Shown here: in pieces, positions 17,621 to 26,835 of the stretch
Numbering within the stretch: the first letter of the stretch is position 1
How the letters are laid out: each line of letters starts with the position of its first letter
Source: a bacterium
GTDB taxonomy: Bacteria > Patescibacteriota > Microgenomatia > Curtissbacterales > GWA2-41-24
Assembly (NCBI GenBank): GCA_021813945.1
Contig: JAKAJD010000002.1
Coordinates: forward strand, 97,343-161,342
Direction: 5' to 3'
DNA: 64,000 bases
Notes under the pieces: generated by a model
The model's input: only the letters and a program-made list of their open reading frames with translations
Told to the model about the DNA's origin: nothing
Database searches by the model: none
Made by a program: the position numbers and the translations under genes

Positions 17621-19411
17621 ATGAAATCCGAAAACATCAGAAACTTTGCAATCATTGCCCATATCGATCATGGCAAATCAACTCTGGCTGATCGGATTAT
17701 GGAAGTTTGCGGCGCAGTTGGTAGCCAACATCAAGCCCAGCTTTTAGATTCATTAGAATTAGAAAGGGAACACGGCATTACCATCAAACTCAAGGCAATC
17801 CGCCTCAACTACACTTTACACTCTACACTTTACACTTTGAACTTGATTGATACTCCCGGTCATGTCGACTTTTCCTATGAAGTTTCCCGCTCACTCGCCT
17901 CTGTCGAAGGCGCGGTTTTGGTTGTCGATGCAACGCAAGGAATCCAAGCGCAAACTCTGGCTAATTTCAATCTGGCGCTGGAAGCAGGCCTCACAATTAT
18001 TCCGGTCATCAACAAAATCGACATGCCGGCGGCAAATGTACAGTCTACTATAAAAGAGCTCGAATCAATCGGTTTTTCAAGTTCTGAAATCCTAAAAGTT
18101 AGCGCTAAAACCGGGGAATGGGTAGAAGAGTTAATCCAAGAGATCATTAACCGTATCCCAAGCCCAACGTTAAGGCCAGGCCTTAACAAGGACGAATCAG
18201 GGCAGAAAGCCTGGCCTCTTTCCCAAGCCTTAATCTTCGATTCCTCGCTCGATCCCTATAAAGGTGTTGTCGCAACAGTCCGAATGTTTGGCGGCCAAAT
18301 TAAAGTCGGCGAGCAAATAAAATTTCTGGCAACCGCAACCCAGGCCGAAGTTTTGCAAATCGGCTATTTAACACCTGATCCAAAATATGTAAACGAACTT
18401 TCATCCGGCGAAGTTGGCTTCGTTGTCACCAACCTCAAAGATTTATCAAAGGTAAAAGTTGGCGACACCATCACAAGCCCAAAAGATCCCTCACTCGCGC
18501 TCCCGGGTTACCAGGAAGCCAAACCGGTTGTTTTCTTGTCTTTTTATCCCACCGATCCACATGATCTACCCAAACTTAAACTTGGTCTAGACAAGCTCAA
18601 ACTCAACGATTCATCATTAGCTTACTCTCCCGAAACGTCACTTTCCCTAGGTCAAGGTTTCCGCCTGGGATTTCTAGGTCTTTTGCACTCCCAAATTACC
18701 CAGGAACGCCTCGAGCGCGAGTACGATTTGGATATCATTGTCACTTCACCGTCTGTTAACTTTGAGCAAGACGGTCTAATCATCAACAAAGCGTCCGATT
18801 TTAATCCCCAAGCCAGAGAAACCAAGGAACCTTACGCAAGAGTGACGATTTTTGCGCCCCAAAAATATTACGGCACGATTACCAATTTAATTTATGAAAA
18901 AAGAGGGGAGAGTGAAGGGGTTGAAGAAATCGGTGCGTCACAAAAAATAACAGCTAGTATTCCCTTAATTGAAATTTTAATCGGCTTTTACGACCAGCTG
19001 AAAACCCAAACTTCCGGTTTTGCTTCTTTCGATTTTGAACTTGCCCAATATCGGCCAGCCAAGTTGGTCAAACTAGATATCCTGGTTAACCACGAACCGG
19101 TTGAAGGCTTGGCGCAGATCATTCCGCAAAGTTATGCAGAAGAATTCGGCCGCAAATTCGCGGAAAAATTAAAAGAGGCGATTCCCCGCCAACAAATTCC
19201 GGTTCCAATCCAAGCGGCAATCGGAGGCAAAATTATTGCCCGCGAAACAGTTGCATCCTTTAGAAAAGACGTCACCCAAAAACTTTACGGCGGCGACGTT
19301 ACCCGCAAAATGAAATTACTTGAGAAACAGAAAAAAGGTAAAAAACGGATGCGCCGTTTTGGCCAAGTCGACATTCCTCAAGAAGCCTTTCTTGCAGTTT
19401 TGAAAATCTAG
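17621..19411 (+). CDS. lepA: translation elongation factor 4 (LepA)
   Basis: [38 protein letters not shown], LepA-specific C-terminal domain. A -10-like TATACT sits 8 nt upstream of the ATG. Confidence 0.95.
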   Translation: MKSENIRNFAIIAHIDHGKSTLADRIMEVCGAVGSQHQAQLLDSLELEREHGITIKLKAIRLNYTLHSTLYTLNLIDTPGHVDFSYEVSRSLASVEGAVLVVDATQGIQAQTLANFNLALEAGLTIIPVINKIDMPAANVQSTIKELESIGFSSSEILKVSAKTGEWVEELIQEIINRIPSPTLRPGLNKDESGQKAWPLSQALIFDSSLDPYKGVVATVRMFGGQIKVGEQIKFLATATQAEVLQIGYLTPDPKYVNELSSGEVGFVVTNLKDLSKVKVGDTITSPKDPSLALPGYQEAKPVVFLSFYPTDPHDLPKLKLGLDKLKLNDSSLAYSPETSLSLGQGFRLGFLGLLHSQITQERLEREYDLDIIVTSPSVNFEQDGLIINKASDFNPQARETKEPYARVTIFAPQKYYGTITNLIYEKRGESEGVEEIGASQKITASIPLIEILIGFYDQLKTQTSGFASFDFELAQYRPAKLVKLDILVNHEPVEGLAQIIPQSYAEEFGRKFAEKLKEAIPRQQIPVPIQAAIGGKIIARETVASFRKDVTQKLYGGDVTRKMKLLEKQKKGKKRMRRFGQVDIPQEAFLAVLKI

Positions 19412-19427
19412 AATTAACATATAGCCG

Positions 19428-19844
19428 ATGTTAAGAGACCTACTAAGACCCGCAGACACCCAGCATCCGGATCAATATGATGCTATGCGTCATTATTTGC
19501 AGGCATATTTGCAGGCGGTAAAAAACGCTGGAATTACCAACAACGTTATCTTTGCAGTTTTGAAAAATGGCAAGGTTTTTGTCTACGACCTCCTGGACCA
19601 CGATATTGACCCAAGCTCTCCAACAGTCCAACAAAGATTAGAAATAGACAAACTAATGACGGCTGATTCAGAATTAGACAACGCGAATAAGAAAACACCA
19701 TTGCCATCAAAACCGCTTCAATTTTCGCATTTTTATATAGTTCCGCCACAAGAAGATGAATTAATACGCCTGCTTAACGAGCATGGAGCAGAATGGGAGT
19801 ACATCGACAAGAATGAAGTAGGCGATGAATGCAAAGAAAGCTAA
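19428..19844 (+). CDS. hypothetical protein (138 aa)
   Basis: Clean ORF in the intergenic slot after lepA. No family recognised. Confidence 0.45.
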   Translation: MLRDLLRPADTQHPDQYDAMRHYLQAYLQAVKNAGITNNVIFAVLKNGKVFVYDLLDHDIDPSSPTVQQRLEIDKLMTADSELDNANKKTPLPSKPLQFSHFYIVPPQEDELIRLLNEHGAEWEYIDKNEVGDECKES

Positions 19845-19883
19845 AAAGGATCGAACTTAGATTTAGTACAATCAAAGTAGTAA

Positions 19884-20327
19884 ATGATCGACTGCACCTT
19901 TGAAAACGGAAATAAAGCAAATTTAAGGCACGTTGTTGTCGATGCAATTTGCCTAAAAGACAATCAAATTCTTCTTGTCAAAAGATCAGCAAAAGTCCTC
20001 CAAACAGGGAAATTTGCGCTTCCCGGCGGATTTTTAAACCGTGATGAAACAACAGAGCAAGCGGTAATCAGGGAACTCAAAGAAGAAACCGGATACAATG
20101 GCAAAATCGTTAAATTACTGAAAGTCCTCGACGATCCTAACCGCGAAAATGAAGACCGACAAAATGTATCCTTCATCTATCAAATAGAAGTGGGGGATAA
20201 AGATGGTCAATCAGATACAGAAGTAAGCTCCATCCACTGGTTTGACCTTGATAATTTACCTCCAAAAGAAGATTTTGCCTTCGACCATTACAACATCTTA
20301 ACTTCAAATTTAGACAAGTTGAAATAA
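19884..20327 (+). CDS. NUDIX hydrolase
   Basis: Nudix box GGFLNRDETTEQAVIRELKEETGY (GX5EX7REUXEEXGU). Confidence 0.8.
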   Translation: MIDCTFENGNKANLRHVVVDAICLKDNQILLVKRSAKVLQTGKFALPGGFLNRDETTEQAVIRELKEETGYNGKIVKLLKVLDDPNRENEDRQNVSFIYQIEVGDKDGQSDTEVSSIHWFDLDNLPPKEDFAFDHYNILTSNLDKLK

Positions 20328-20356
20328 ATAAGCGACAGTGAAATAATTAATAAGGT

Positions 20357-20635
20357 ATGAAAGGCGAAGCAGGAGAAGGCCAAAGGCCAGGAGCAGATAT
20401 CGTTGCAGGCACATCCGGTGAGGGTCAGGGGGCAATAGGCGTATCACCAACACAAGAAAGTAATAGGCCAGAGAAAGGCGGGACTATATCAAGGGCGGTT
20501 AAAGTTGTTACAAGGGTTCTTCATTTTGATAGGAGTACAAAACCACCAACACTTTTGCCACCCGGCGTTCGGCCTGAATCTCAGTCCCAACCCCAACCCC
20601 AAGCTCAACGGCAACCCGAACCAGGCAAAGCTTAA
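20357..20635 (+). CDS. hypothetical G/P/Q-rich low-complexity protein (92 aa)
   Basis: Locally GC-rich ORF. Its stop directly abuts the start of the next gene. Low-complexity composition makes coding status uncertain. Confidence 0.35.
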   Translation: MKGEAGEGQRPGADIVAGTSGEGQGAIGVSPTQESNRPEKGGTISRAVKVVTRVLHFDRSTKPPTLLPPGVRPESQSQPQPQAQRQPEPGKA

Positions 20636-21415
20636 ATGGCCTCGGAAAACTCCATTTATCCGGAACTCACAATTACAAAAATCAAAACCCCAAACCGTTC
20701 TTGGGCGATCCCAATTTTAGGCGGGTTTGCCAAAATAATTATTTTGATCCCTGTTTTTGCCGAAATTGCCATTTTATTTCTTTATGTTTTTATCCTGCAG
20801 ATTATTAATTCTTTTTTCGTTTTATTTTCTAAAAAATATTGGCCTTACAGTTTTGAAATTTCGGTTGGCGTTTACAATTTGGTTGCCAAAACAACCTTTT
20901 TCTTCTACGGACTTTCGGACAAATACCCCGGATTTAACCTTAAATTAAACGGTGATTTTAACATTAAATACGAAATGCCCAAAGCACCGGGGATCTTTTT
21001 TGCAATTCCTTTGCTTGGAGTCCTGGCAAGGGCAATTTTAATAATCCCTTATGCTATCTTCACTCAAGTCATCGGCAACGGTGCGAAAGTTGGAGTGGTT
21101 GCCTCTTCCATCCCCGTTTTTTTCAACGGCCGTTATCCGGACAGCACCTTTGAACTGGCTCGAGACTCGGTCCGGCTTTCCCTTTCCCAGTTTGCTTATT
21201 TTGCAGGAATTTCAGACAAATACCCAAGCTTCAAAATCGATCTAAAAAATAACCAGACCATTAAAATTGCCCTTATTATAATAGGCACCATGATGCTTCT
21301 TTCCCAGTGGAAATTTAATAGTAAACCCAAGGTTAAGGACGATGGCTGGAGAAATTATTCTCCTTACATGCAGCAATACCAAAACCAGATGCCCCCAAGA
21401 TACCAATTCCGCTAA
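20636..21415 (+). CDS. membrane protein with internal tandem duplication (each repeat ends in a (L/I)SDKYP(G/S)F motif)
   Basis: Two homologous halves: AIPILGGFAKIIILIPVFA...YGLSDKYPGFNLKLNGD and AIPLLGVLARAILIIPYAI...AGISDKYPSFKIDLKNN. Resembles DUF4389-type proteins (from memory, unverified). Confidence 0.55.
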   Translation: MASENSIYPELTITKIKTPNRSWAIPILGGFAKIIILIPVFAEIAILFLYVFILQIINSFFVLFSKKYWPYSFEISVGVYNLVAKTTFFFYGLSDKYPGFNLKLNGDFNIKYEMPKAPGIFFAIPLLGVLARAILIIPYAIFTQVIGNGAKVGVVASSIPVFFNGRYPDSTFELARDSVRLSLSQFAYFAGISDKYPSFKIDLKNNQTIKIALIIIGTMMLLSQWKFNSKPKVKDDGWRNYSPYMQQYQNQMPPRYQFR

Positions 21416-21473
21416 AAATCACCCCCAACAGAAGCCCTTGACCCCGTTAGAAATTATATACATTCTAATGGGG

Positions 21474-21502
21474 TTGACAACAATTAGCACTCGTGGTAAT
21501 CT
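21474..21502 (+). promoter_or_regulatory. sigma70-type promoter of the hrcA-grpE-dnaK operon (TTGACA-N17-TAATCT)
   Basis: -35 TTGACA at 21474-21479 and -10 TAATCT at 21497-21502, with a 17-nt spacer. Confidence 0.5.
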
Positions 21503-21510
21503 ATTGCTAA
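21484..21510 (+). promoter_or_regulatory. CIRCE-like HrcA operator (TTAGCACTC-N9-TATTGCTAA) overlapping the hrcA promoter
   Basis: Left arm matches the CIRCE consensus TTAGCACTC perfectly, then a 9-nt spacer. Right arm matches GAGTGCTAA at 7/9 positions. Sits immediately upstream of hrcA and overlaps the spacer and -10. Confidence 0.6.
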
Positions 21511-21528
21511 TTCGAGGTTAAAGCTCGC

Positions 21529-22251
21529 ATGATTGATTTATCTGAACGCCAAAAAAATCTGCTCAGGGCTGTTATCGAAAAATACATCGAAACGGCAGAG
21601 CCGATTGGTTCCGAAACCATTGAAAAAGAAGCCGGTCTAGGTGTTTCACCGGCCACAATCAGAAACGAAATGGTCAAACTTACTGCTCTTGGCTATTTGC
21701 GCCAGCCCCATACATCAGCCGGCCGCATTCCAACCTCCATGGGCATGAAATTTTATGTTGACCAGTTAATGGAAGAAAAATCCCTTTCCCTAAAAGACGA
21801 AGTTGCCATAAAAGAAGAATTGCGCGACCCAAACGAACCTTTCAATCGTTTGCTTAAACACACAGCCAGAATTTTAGCAGACCAAACAAGGTCTCTGGCT
21901 GTTGCTACGGATGAAGACGGCGACATTTACGCATCCGGCATGGCCAACATTTTAGACATGCCCGAATTTTACGATATCGACATCACCCGAACCGTCCTTT
22001 CGATGGTCGACAGGTTTGAAATGCTCAAGCAAATAACAGATCTTATGCGCGGCGAGGAACAAATGCGTATCCTTTTTGGCGACGAGCTGGGAATTCCCTA
22101 TCTTGAACCCTGCGGATTTGTAGTCACCCGTTATCAAATGGGAAACCACCGCGGAGTTTTGGGAATAATCGGGCCGTCCAGGCTCAATTACCCGACAGTT
22201 ATACCAACCGTGCGCTATTTTTCGCAGCTTTTATCCGAACTGGCAAGGTAA
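21529..22251 (+). CDS. hrcA: heat-inducible transcription repressor HrcA (compact, 240 aa)
   Basis: N-terminal winged-HTH: LSERQKNLLRAVIEKYIETAEPIGSETI...GVSPATIRNEM. First gene of the hrcA-grpE-dnaK order. Confidence 0.85.
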   Translation: MIDLSERQKNLLRAVIEKYIETAEPIGSETIEKEAGLGVSPATIRNEMVKLTALGYLRQPHTSAGRIPTSMGMKFYVDQLMEEKSLSLKDEVAIKEELRDPNEPFNRLLKHTARILADQTRSLAVATDEDGDIYASGMANILDMPEFYDIDITRTVLSMVDRFEMLKQITDLMRGEEQMRILFGDELGIPYLEPCGFVVTRYQMGNHRGVLGIIGPSRLNYPTVIPTVRYFSQLLSELAR

Positions 22252-22264
22252 TCACTAAACTATT

Positions 22265-22759
22265 ATGGCTAAGAAAAAGGAAAAACAAATTAAAATAGAC
22301 GAGAAGCACCAGGAGCTTGAAGAAAGGCTAAAGAGGACTATGGCCGATTATCAAAACCTGGAAAGGCGAATCGAAGAAGAAAGAAGGCTTCTTTCCAAAC
22401 TTTCGGCGATGCTTCTTGTCGAAAAGCTGCTTCCGGTTTTGGATAATCTGGAAATAGCCCAAAAGCATCTAAATGACGAAGGTTTGGCAATGGTCATCAA
22501 GCAATTTAAAGATATCCTAACCCAAGAAGGCGTCGAGGAAATTGAGGTCATTGGTCAACAATTCGATCCAAACCAACACGAAGCTGTTGAAACCGAAGAA
22601 GGCGAAAACGAAAACACCGTTGCCAGCGTTATCGCCAAAGGTTATAAAATAGAAGATAAGGTTATCCGTCCGGCCAAAGTAGTCGTCGTAAAGTCGGGTG
22701 TACCAAGCCAAATCGAACAGGAAAAAGAAGAAGAGCAATTTCAAATGGAGGATCAATAA
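22265..22759 (+). CDS. grpE: nucleotide exchange factor GrpE
   Basis: Coiled-coil N-terminus ([15 protein letters not shown]) and GrpE C-terminal beta domain ([20 protein letters not shown]). Confidence 0.9.
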   Translation: MAKKKEKQIKIDEKHQELEERLKRTMADYQNLERRIEEERRLLSKLSAMLLVEKLLPVLDNLEIAQKHLNDEGLAMVIKQFKDILTQEGVEEIEVIGQQFDPNQHEAVETEEGENENTVASVIAKGYKIEDKVIRPAKVVVVKSGVPSQIEQEKEEEQFQMEDQ

Positions 22760-22760
22760 C

Positions 22761-24668
22761 ATGAGCAAAGTCATCGGCATAGATCTCGGTACAACAAACT
22801 CGGTAGTTGCCGTTGTGGAAGCCGGCAAACCAAAAGTAATCCATAGCGCAGAAGGCCGCAATATTATTCCATCTGTAGTCGACCCGGTAAAACACGTTGT
22901 CGGTGATGTTGCCAAGCGCCAGATGGTGGTTAACCCTAAAACCACAATTTTCTCAATAAAGCGTTTAATGGGCCGTAAGTTTAAAGACCCCGAAGTTCAA
23001 AAAGACATTAAGTGGCTTCCATATGAAATTAAATCCGGCCGCGAAGGCATGGCCGTTGTTAATGTTGAAGGCAAAGATTACACACCGCAGGAAATTTCGG
23101 CCATGATCTTAGGCAAAATCAAAGCCGACGCCGAAGCTTACCTTGGAGAAAAAGTTGAACAGGCAGTAATTACTGTCCCCGCCTATTTCGACGATTCCCA
23201 GCGCCAGGCCACCAAACAAGCCGGTGAAATTGCCGGCCTTAAGGTTGACCGCATAATAAACGAACCGACAGCAGCCGCTTTAGCTTACGGTCTTGAGAAA
23301 TCTCACGCCCACACAATTGCCGTTTACGATTTGGGAGGCGGCACTTTCGACATTTCCATTCTCGAGTTAGGTGAAGGGGTTTTTGAAGTCAAAGCCACAA
23401 ACGGTGACACCCACTTGGGTGGAGATGATTTCGACGCCAAAATAGTCGAATACCTTTCCGATGAATTCAAAAAAGATTCTGGCATGGACATTACCAAAGA
23501 TCGCGCGGCACTCCAGCGCCTTCGCGATGCTGCCGAAAAAGCCAAAATCGAACTTTCCACAACCACAGAAGCAGAGGTATCAATCCCGTATTTGACTGCG
23601 GACAACACCGGCCCTAAACATTTGCAGCTCAAGCTTACCCGCGCCAAGCTGGAATCAATTGTCGGCGATCTGGTCACCAAAACTCTCGACCCGGTCAAAG
23701 CCTGCTTAAAAGACGCCAAAATCACCGCCAAAGATGTCGACGAAGTAGTCATGGTCGGCGGTATGACAAGAATGCCGCAGGTTGTCAAAACCGTCCAGGA
23801 ATTTTTCGGCAAAGAACCCAACAAAAGCATTAACCCGGACGAAGTAGTCGCCATCGGCGCTGCCGTCCAGGGTGCCGTTTTAACCGGCGAAATGAAGGAA
23901 ATGGTGCTTTTGGACGTAACGCCGCTTACCTTGGGAATTGAAACCCTTGGATCGGTCTCAACACCCTTGATCACCCGAAACACTACTGTCCCAACATCCA
24001 AGACCGAAACTTTTTCAACGGCTGCCGACAACCAAACATCTGTTGAAATCAATGTCCTTCAAGGTGAACGCCCGATGGCAGCCGACAACAAGTCCCTTGG
24101 CCGCTTCATTCTAGACGGCATTCCGCCCGCACCCCGCGGTGTCCCGCAAGTCGAAGTCACCTTTGACCTCGATGCTTCCGGCATCCTAAACGTTAAAGCC
24201 AAAGACAAAGCAACCGGCAAGGAACAATCCATTAAAATCACCGGCTCAACAGGCTTAACCGACGAAGAGATTAAGCGCATGACCAAAGAGGCCGAAGAGC
24301 ATGCCAAAGAAGACGAGGAAAAGAAGGGTGAAATTGAAACCAGAAACCAGGCCGATGCCCTAATTTACCAAGCCGAAAAAGCCCTTAAAGACGGGGGCGA
24401 CAAAGTTCCTACGGATGTTAAGGGTGAGGTTGAAGAAAAGATTAAAGCCTTAAAAGAAATCCAATCAGCAGGATCTGTTGATGAAGTTAAATCCAAAACA
24501 GAAGAACTCTCATCTGTCCTTTCCAAAATCGGCGAGTCGATGTACAAAGGCCAGGAAGCACCGCAAAGTGAGCCAACACCAGGATCAGACGGCCAAACCC
24601 CGCCATCCGATGGTCAATCAGCCCAATCCGACGACAAAGTCGAAGAAGGGGAAGTGGTCAAAGAATAA
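22761..24668 (+). CDS. dnaK: molecular chaperone DnaK (Hsp70)
   Basis: [50 protein letters not shown]-terminal lid. ATG at 22761 follows the grpE stop by 1 nt; the upstream in-frame extension is not supported. Confidence 0.97.
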   Translation: MSKVIGIDLGTTNSVVAVVEAGKPKVIHSAEGRNIIPSVVDPVKHVVGDVAKRQMVVNPKTTIFSIKRLMGRKFKDPEVQKDIKWLPYEIKSGREGMAVVNVEGKDYTPQEISAMILGKIKADAEAYLGEKVEQAVITVPAYFDDSQRQATKQAGEIAGLKVDRIINEPTAAALAYGLEKSHAHTIAVYDLGGGTFDISILELGEGVFEVKATNGDTHLGGDDFDAKIVEYLSDEFKKDSGMDITKDRAALQRLRDAAEKAKIELSTTTEAEVSIPYLTADNTGPKHLQLKLTRAKLESIVGDLVTKTLDPVKACLKDAKITAKDVDEVVMVGGMTRMPQVVKTVQEFFGKEPNKSINPDEVVAIGAAVQGAVLTGEMKEMVLLDVTPLTLGIETLGSVSTPLITRNTTVPTSKTETFSTAADNQTSVEINVLQGERPMAADNKSLGRFILDGIPPAPRGVPQVEVTFDLDASGILNVKAKDKATGKEQSIKITGSTGLTDEEIKRMTKEAEEHAKEDEEKKGEIETRNQADALIYQAEKALKDGGDKVPTDVKGEVEEKIKALKEIQSAGSVDEVKSKTEELSSVLSKIGESMYKGQEAPQSEPTPGSDGQTPPSDGQSAQSDDKVEEGEVVKE

Positions 24669-24913
24669 TGACTATAGACTCCGAACCAGGCACTGTCCGA
24701 TCTACAGCCTCAGAAGCAGAAGCTAAATTAACGATCGCGGAAAGGCTCCAAATTCATCGAAGTAGGCGTTTGATGTCAGGTCAATCTTGGTCTGAATATT
24801 GGGGTACAGATCCAACAGAATCTCTAGCTAGAGCAAACATAAGACATGTTGATGAATTGTCAGACGGAGAATTTATAGACTTGTATTTAAAGATAGCATC
24901 CAGTTTTAAATGA
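24668..24913 (+). CDS. hypothetical protein (81 aa), translationally coupled to dnaK (TAATG)
   Basis: ORF start overlaps the dnaK stop by 1 nt. No family recognised. Confidence 0.5.
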   Translation: MTIDSEPGTVRSTASEAEAKLTIAERLQIHRSRRLMSGQSWSEYWGTDPTESLARANIRHVDELSDGEFIDLYLKIASSFK

Positions 24914-25326
24914 CCAAACTTTCTACCGACATTTTTGTCCTCTGCGATTACGCATCTGTCTCCCAAGAGCAAAAGCTTTCAATAATTGGCATTTTTGACC
25001 AGTTTTTCGTAGCTAACCTTCCCACAACCTGGCCAAAAATGTACCTGGTTGCAGTTGTTTCCGGTGAAGCAGGTAAAGAATATCCCCTTGTCTTAAAACT
25101 TCAAGCTCCGACGAATGAAGAAAACAGTAGCTTTCCGGATAAGGAATTCAAAATCACTTTAGGCCAAAACGGCAAAGCCAATGTTATGACAGAACTTGTT
25201 AATTTTCCGCTAACGCAAGCCGGAATTTACAAGATCCAGATTTTAAATGAAAAAGAAAAAGTCGGGGAGTTAGAATTTAAGGTCAATAAAACTACGGCAA
25301 CTTACGAACCGAATAAAGTTAATTAG
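24910..25326 (+). CDS. hypothetical protein (138 aa), coupled to the preceding ORF (ATGA overlap)
   Basis: ORF inside the chaperone gene run between dnaK and the DnaJ-like gene. No family recognised. Confidence 0.5.
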   Translation: MTKLSTDIFVLCDYASVSQEQKLSIIGIFDQFFVANLPTTWPKMYLVAVVSGEAGKEYPLVLKLQAPTNEENSSFPDKEFKITLGQNGKANVMTELVNFPLTQAGIYKIQILNEKEKVGELEFKVNKTTATYEPNKVN

Positions 25327-25415
25327 GTCTGCAATTTTCAATTTAAAATTTGAAATTTTTACTGAGTTTTTAATGTTTAAAATTTAATTTTTAAAAATTG
25401 ATTTAAAATTAATCG

Positions 25416-26285
25416 ATGGCTACTACACGTGATTACTACGAAATTCTTGGCGTTTCCAAAAACGCCTCGGCGGATGAGCTGAAAAAGGCTTACCGGACCC
25501 TAGCGCGAAAACACCACCCGGATGTCGACAAATCCCAAGGCGCCGAGCAAAAATTCAAGGAAATTAACGAAGCTTACCAGGTCCTTTCCGACCCCCAAAA
25601 GAAATCAGCCTACGACCAGTTCGGCCATGCCGCTTTCCAGCAAGGCGGAATGGGAAGCGCCGCAAATCAAGGCCCGTTTGGCGGATTTGGAAGCGGCCAA
25701 GGCGGATTCCGCACATACACTTGGTCATCCGGCGGCGGCCAAGGCCAAGACTTTGGCGGTTTTGCCGACCCGTTTGATATTTTCGAAGCATTTTTCGGCG
25801 GCCAGTCACCGTTTGGCCAACAGGCGCGACTTCCCCGTTACGCCATAAAAATAACTTTCGAAGAAGCAATTAGTGGTGTCCAAAAAGAAATCTCAATAGA
25901 AGGCAAAAAACAAAAGGTTAAAATCCCAGCAGGCGTGGACGACGGTTCCGAAATCCGTTTTTCAAACTATATTTTAGTTTGTGAAGTTTCCCCGAGCCAA
26001 AAATTTAGAAGAAGGGGATACGATATTGTCACAGAAAAAGAAATTTCCTATTCCCAGGCAGCTTTAGGTACAGTGGCCGACATAGAAACCGTCGAAGGCC
26101 TTGTCAAAATCCGCATTCCCGCTGGCACCCAACCCGGCACACAAATACGCTTAAAAGGCAAAGGCGTAAAGCACATCAACGGCCACGGCCAAGGCGACCA
26201 TTACGTCATCATCCGCCTCCAAATTCCTACAAAATTATCACGAGAACAGAAACGTCTTCTTGAAGATCTTGAGAATATTTCTTAA
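25416..26285 (+). CDS. DnaJ-family co-chaperone lacking the zinc-finger domain (CbpA/class B-like)
   Basis: J domain DYYEILGVSKNASADELKKAYRTLARKHHPDV with HPD. G/F-rich linker. C-terminal substrate-binding domains present but no CxxCxGxG repeats. Confidence 0.85.
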   Translation: MATTRDYYEILGVSKNASADELKKAYRTLARKHHPDVDKSQGAEQKFKEINEAYQVLSDPQKKSAYDQFGHAAFQQGGMGSAANQGPFGGFGSGQGGFRTYTWSSGGGQGQDFGGFADPFDIFEAFFGGQSPFGQQARLPRYAIKITFEEAISGVQKEISIEGKKQKVKIPAGVDDGSEIRFSNYILVCEVSPSQKFRRRGYDIVTEKEISYSQAALGTVADIETVEGLVKIRIPAGTQPGTQIRLKGKGVKHINGHGQGDHYVIIRLQIPTKLSREQKRLLEDLENIS

Positions 26286-26338
26286 CCTTACCAAACATTA
26301 CGAGCATAGATTATTGAAGCAACTGGAACTGAAAGACT

Positions 26339-26794
26339 TTGATGAAAAGGAAACTAAAAACAACCGTTTATTTTGACGAGCACATTCATAAATCAATAGT
26401 CGATAGCTTTAAAGATCTAAATTACCGTTGCCTTTTCATATCAAAGACAAAAAAATACGCTGGGAGGGACGAAAAAGATTATATTGCCGAAATATACTCT
26501 GAAGGGGCAATTTTTGTTACATCTGATTTAGAATTTTTCGAGTACATAATTGGCAATAAGATATTTCATTCCGGGGTCGTTTACTTCCCTTCGAAATGGG
26601 ATGACGAAACTAACTCTTTTGCCGCTAGTGGTATGGCAGGATACCTCAAAGGAACAATTGACAGACAAGGTAAAAGATCGTTAATAAATTCAGCTTTTTA
26701 CGTCGCAGACGATGGTTATCACTTAGTTGAAAACGGAAAGGATGACCTCATTATGTCTACAGATGCAATAGAAATAATGATGGACTCTTACTAA
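26339..26794 (+). CDS. DUF5615-like (PIN-like) domain protein with C-terminal extension
   Basis: VYFDEHIH...RDEKDYIAEIYSEGAIFVTSDLEF follows the DUF5615 pattern (FxDEn ... G.D ... A..EGR.L.T.DKDF), recalled from memory. Confidence 0.45.
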   Translation: MMKRKLKTTVYFDEHIHKSIVDSFKDLNYRCLFISKTKKYAGRDEKDYIAEIYSEGAIFVTSDLEFFEYIIGNKIFHSGVVYFPSKWDDETNSFAASGMAGYLKGTIDRQGKRSLINSAFYVADDGYHLVENGKDDLIMSTDAIEIMMDSY

Positions 26795-26820
26795 ACTAAA
26801 TCTCTTCCAAGCTTAATTTT

Positions 26821-26829
26821 TGCTATAAT
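26821..26829 (+). promoter_or_regulatory. extended -10 element TGCTATAAT, 6 nt upstream of GTG start 26836
   Basis: TGnTATAAT consensus. Implies a leaderless or near-leaderless transcript for the dehydrogenase gene. Confidence 0.5.
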
Positions 26830-26835
26830 TCCCGT

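Noticed and set aside
17800..17845. Short tandem repeat CACTTTACA(C) x3 that might suggest a CRISPR-like or microsatellite repeat
   Set aside because: Lies in frame inside lepA (encodes LNYTLHSTLYTLNL, aligning with the corresponding EF4 segment). No spacers or array structure; just codon-level repetition.
22698..22760. ORF-track N-terminal extensions of dnaK (22698) and rpoC (57425)
   Set aside because: Both extensions overlap the preceding gene (grpE, rpoB). The conserved N-termini begin at internal ATGs 22761 and 57488, each 1 nt after the upstream stop.
23324..24052. 242-aa minus-strand ORF (plus 24059-24307 and 24365-24547) inside dnaK
   Set aside because: Antisense to a highly conserved Hsp70 coding region. 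The S/P/V-rich translation is typical of out-of-frame or antisense reading of a GC-biased coding sequence. Not a gene.
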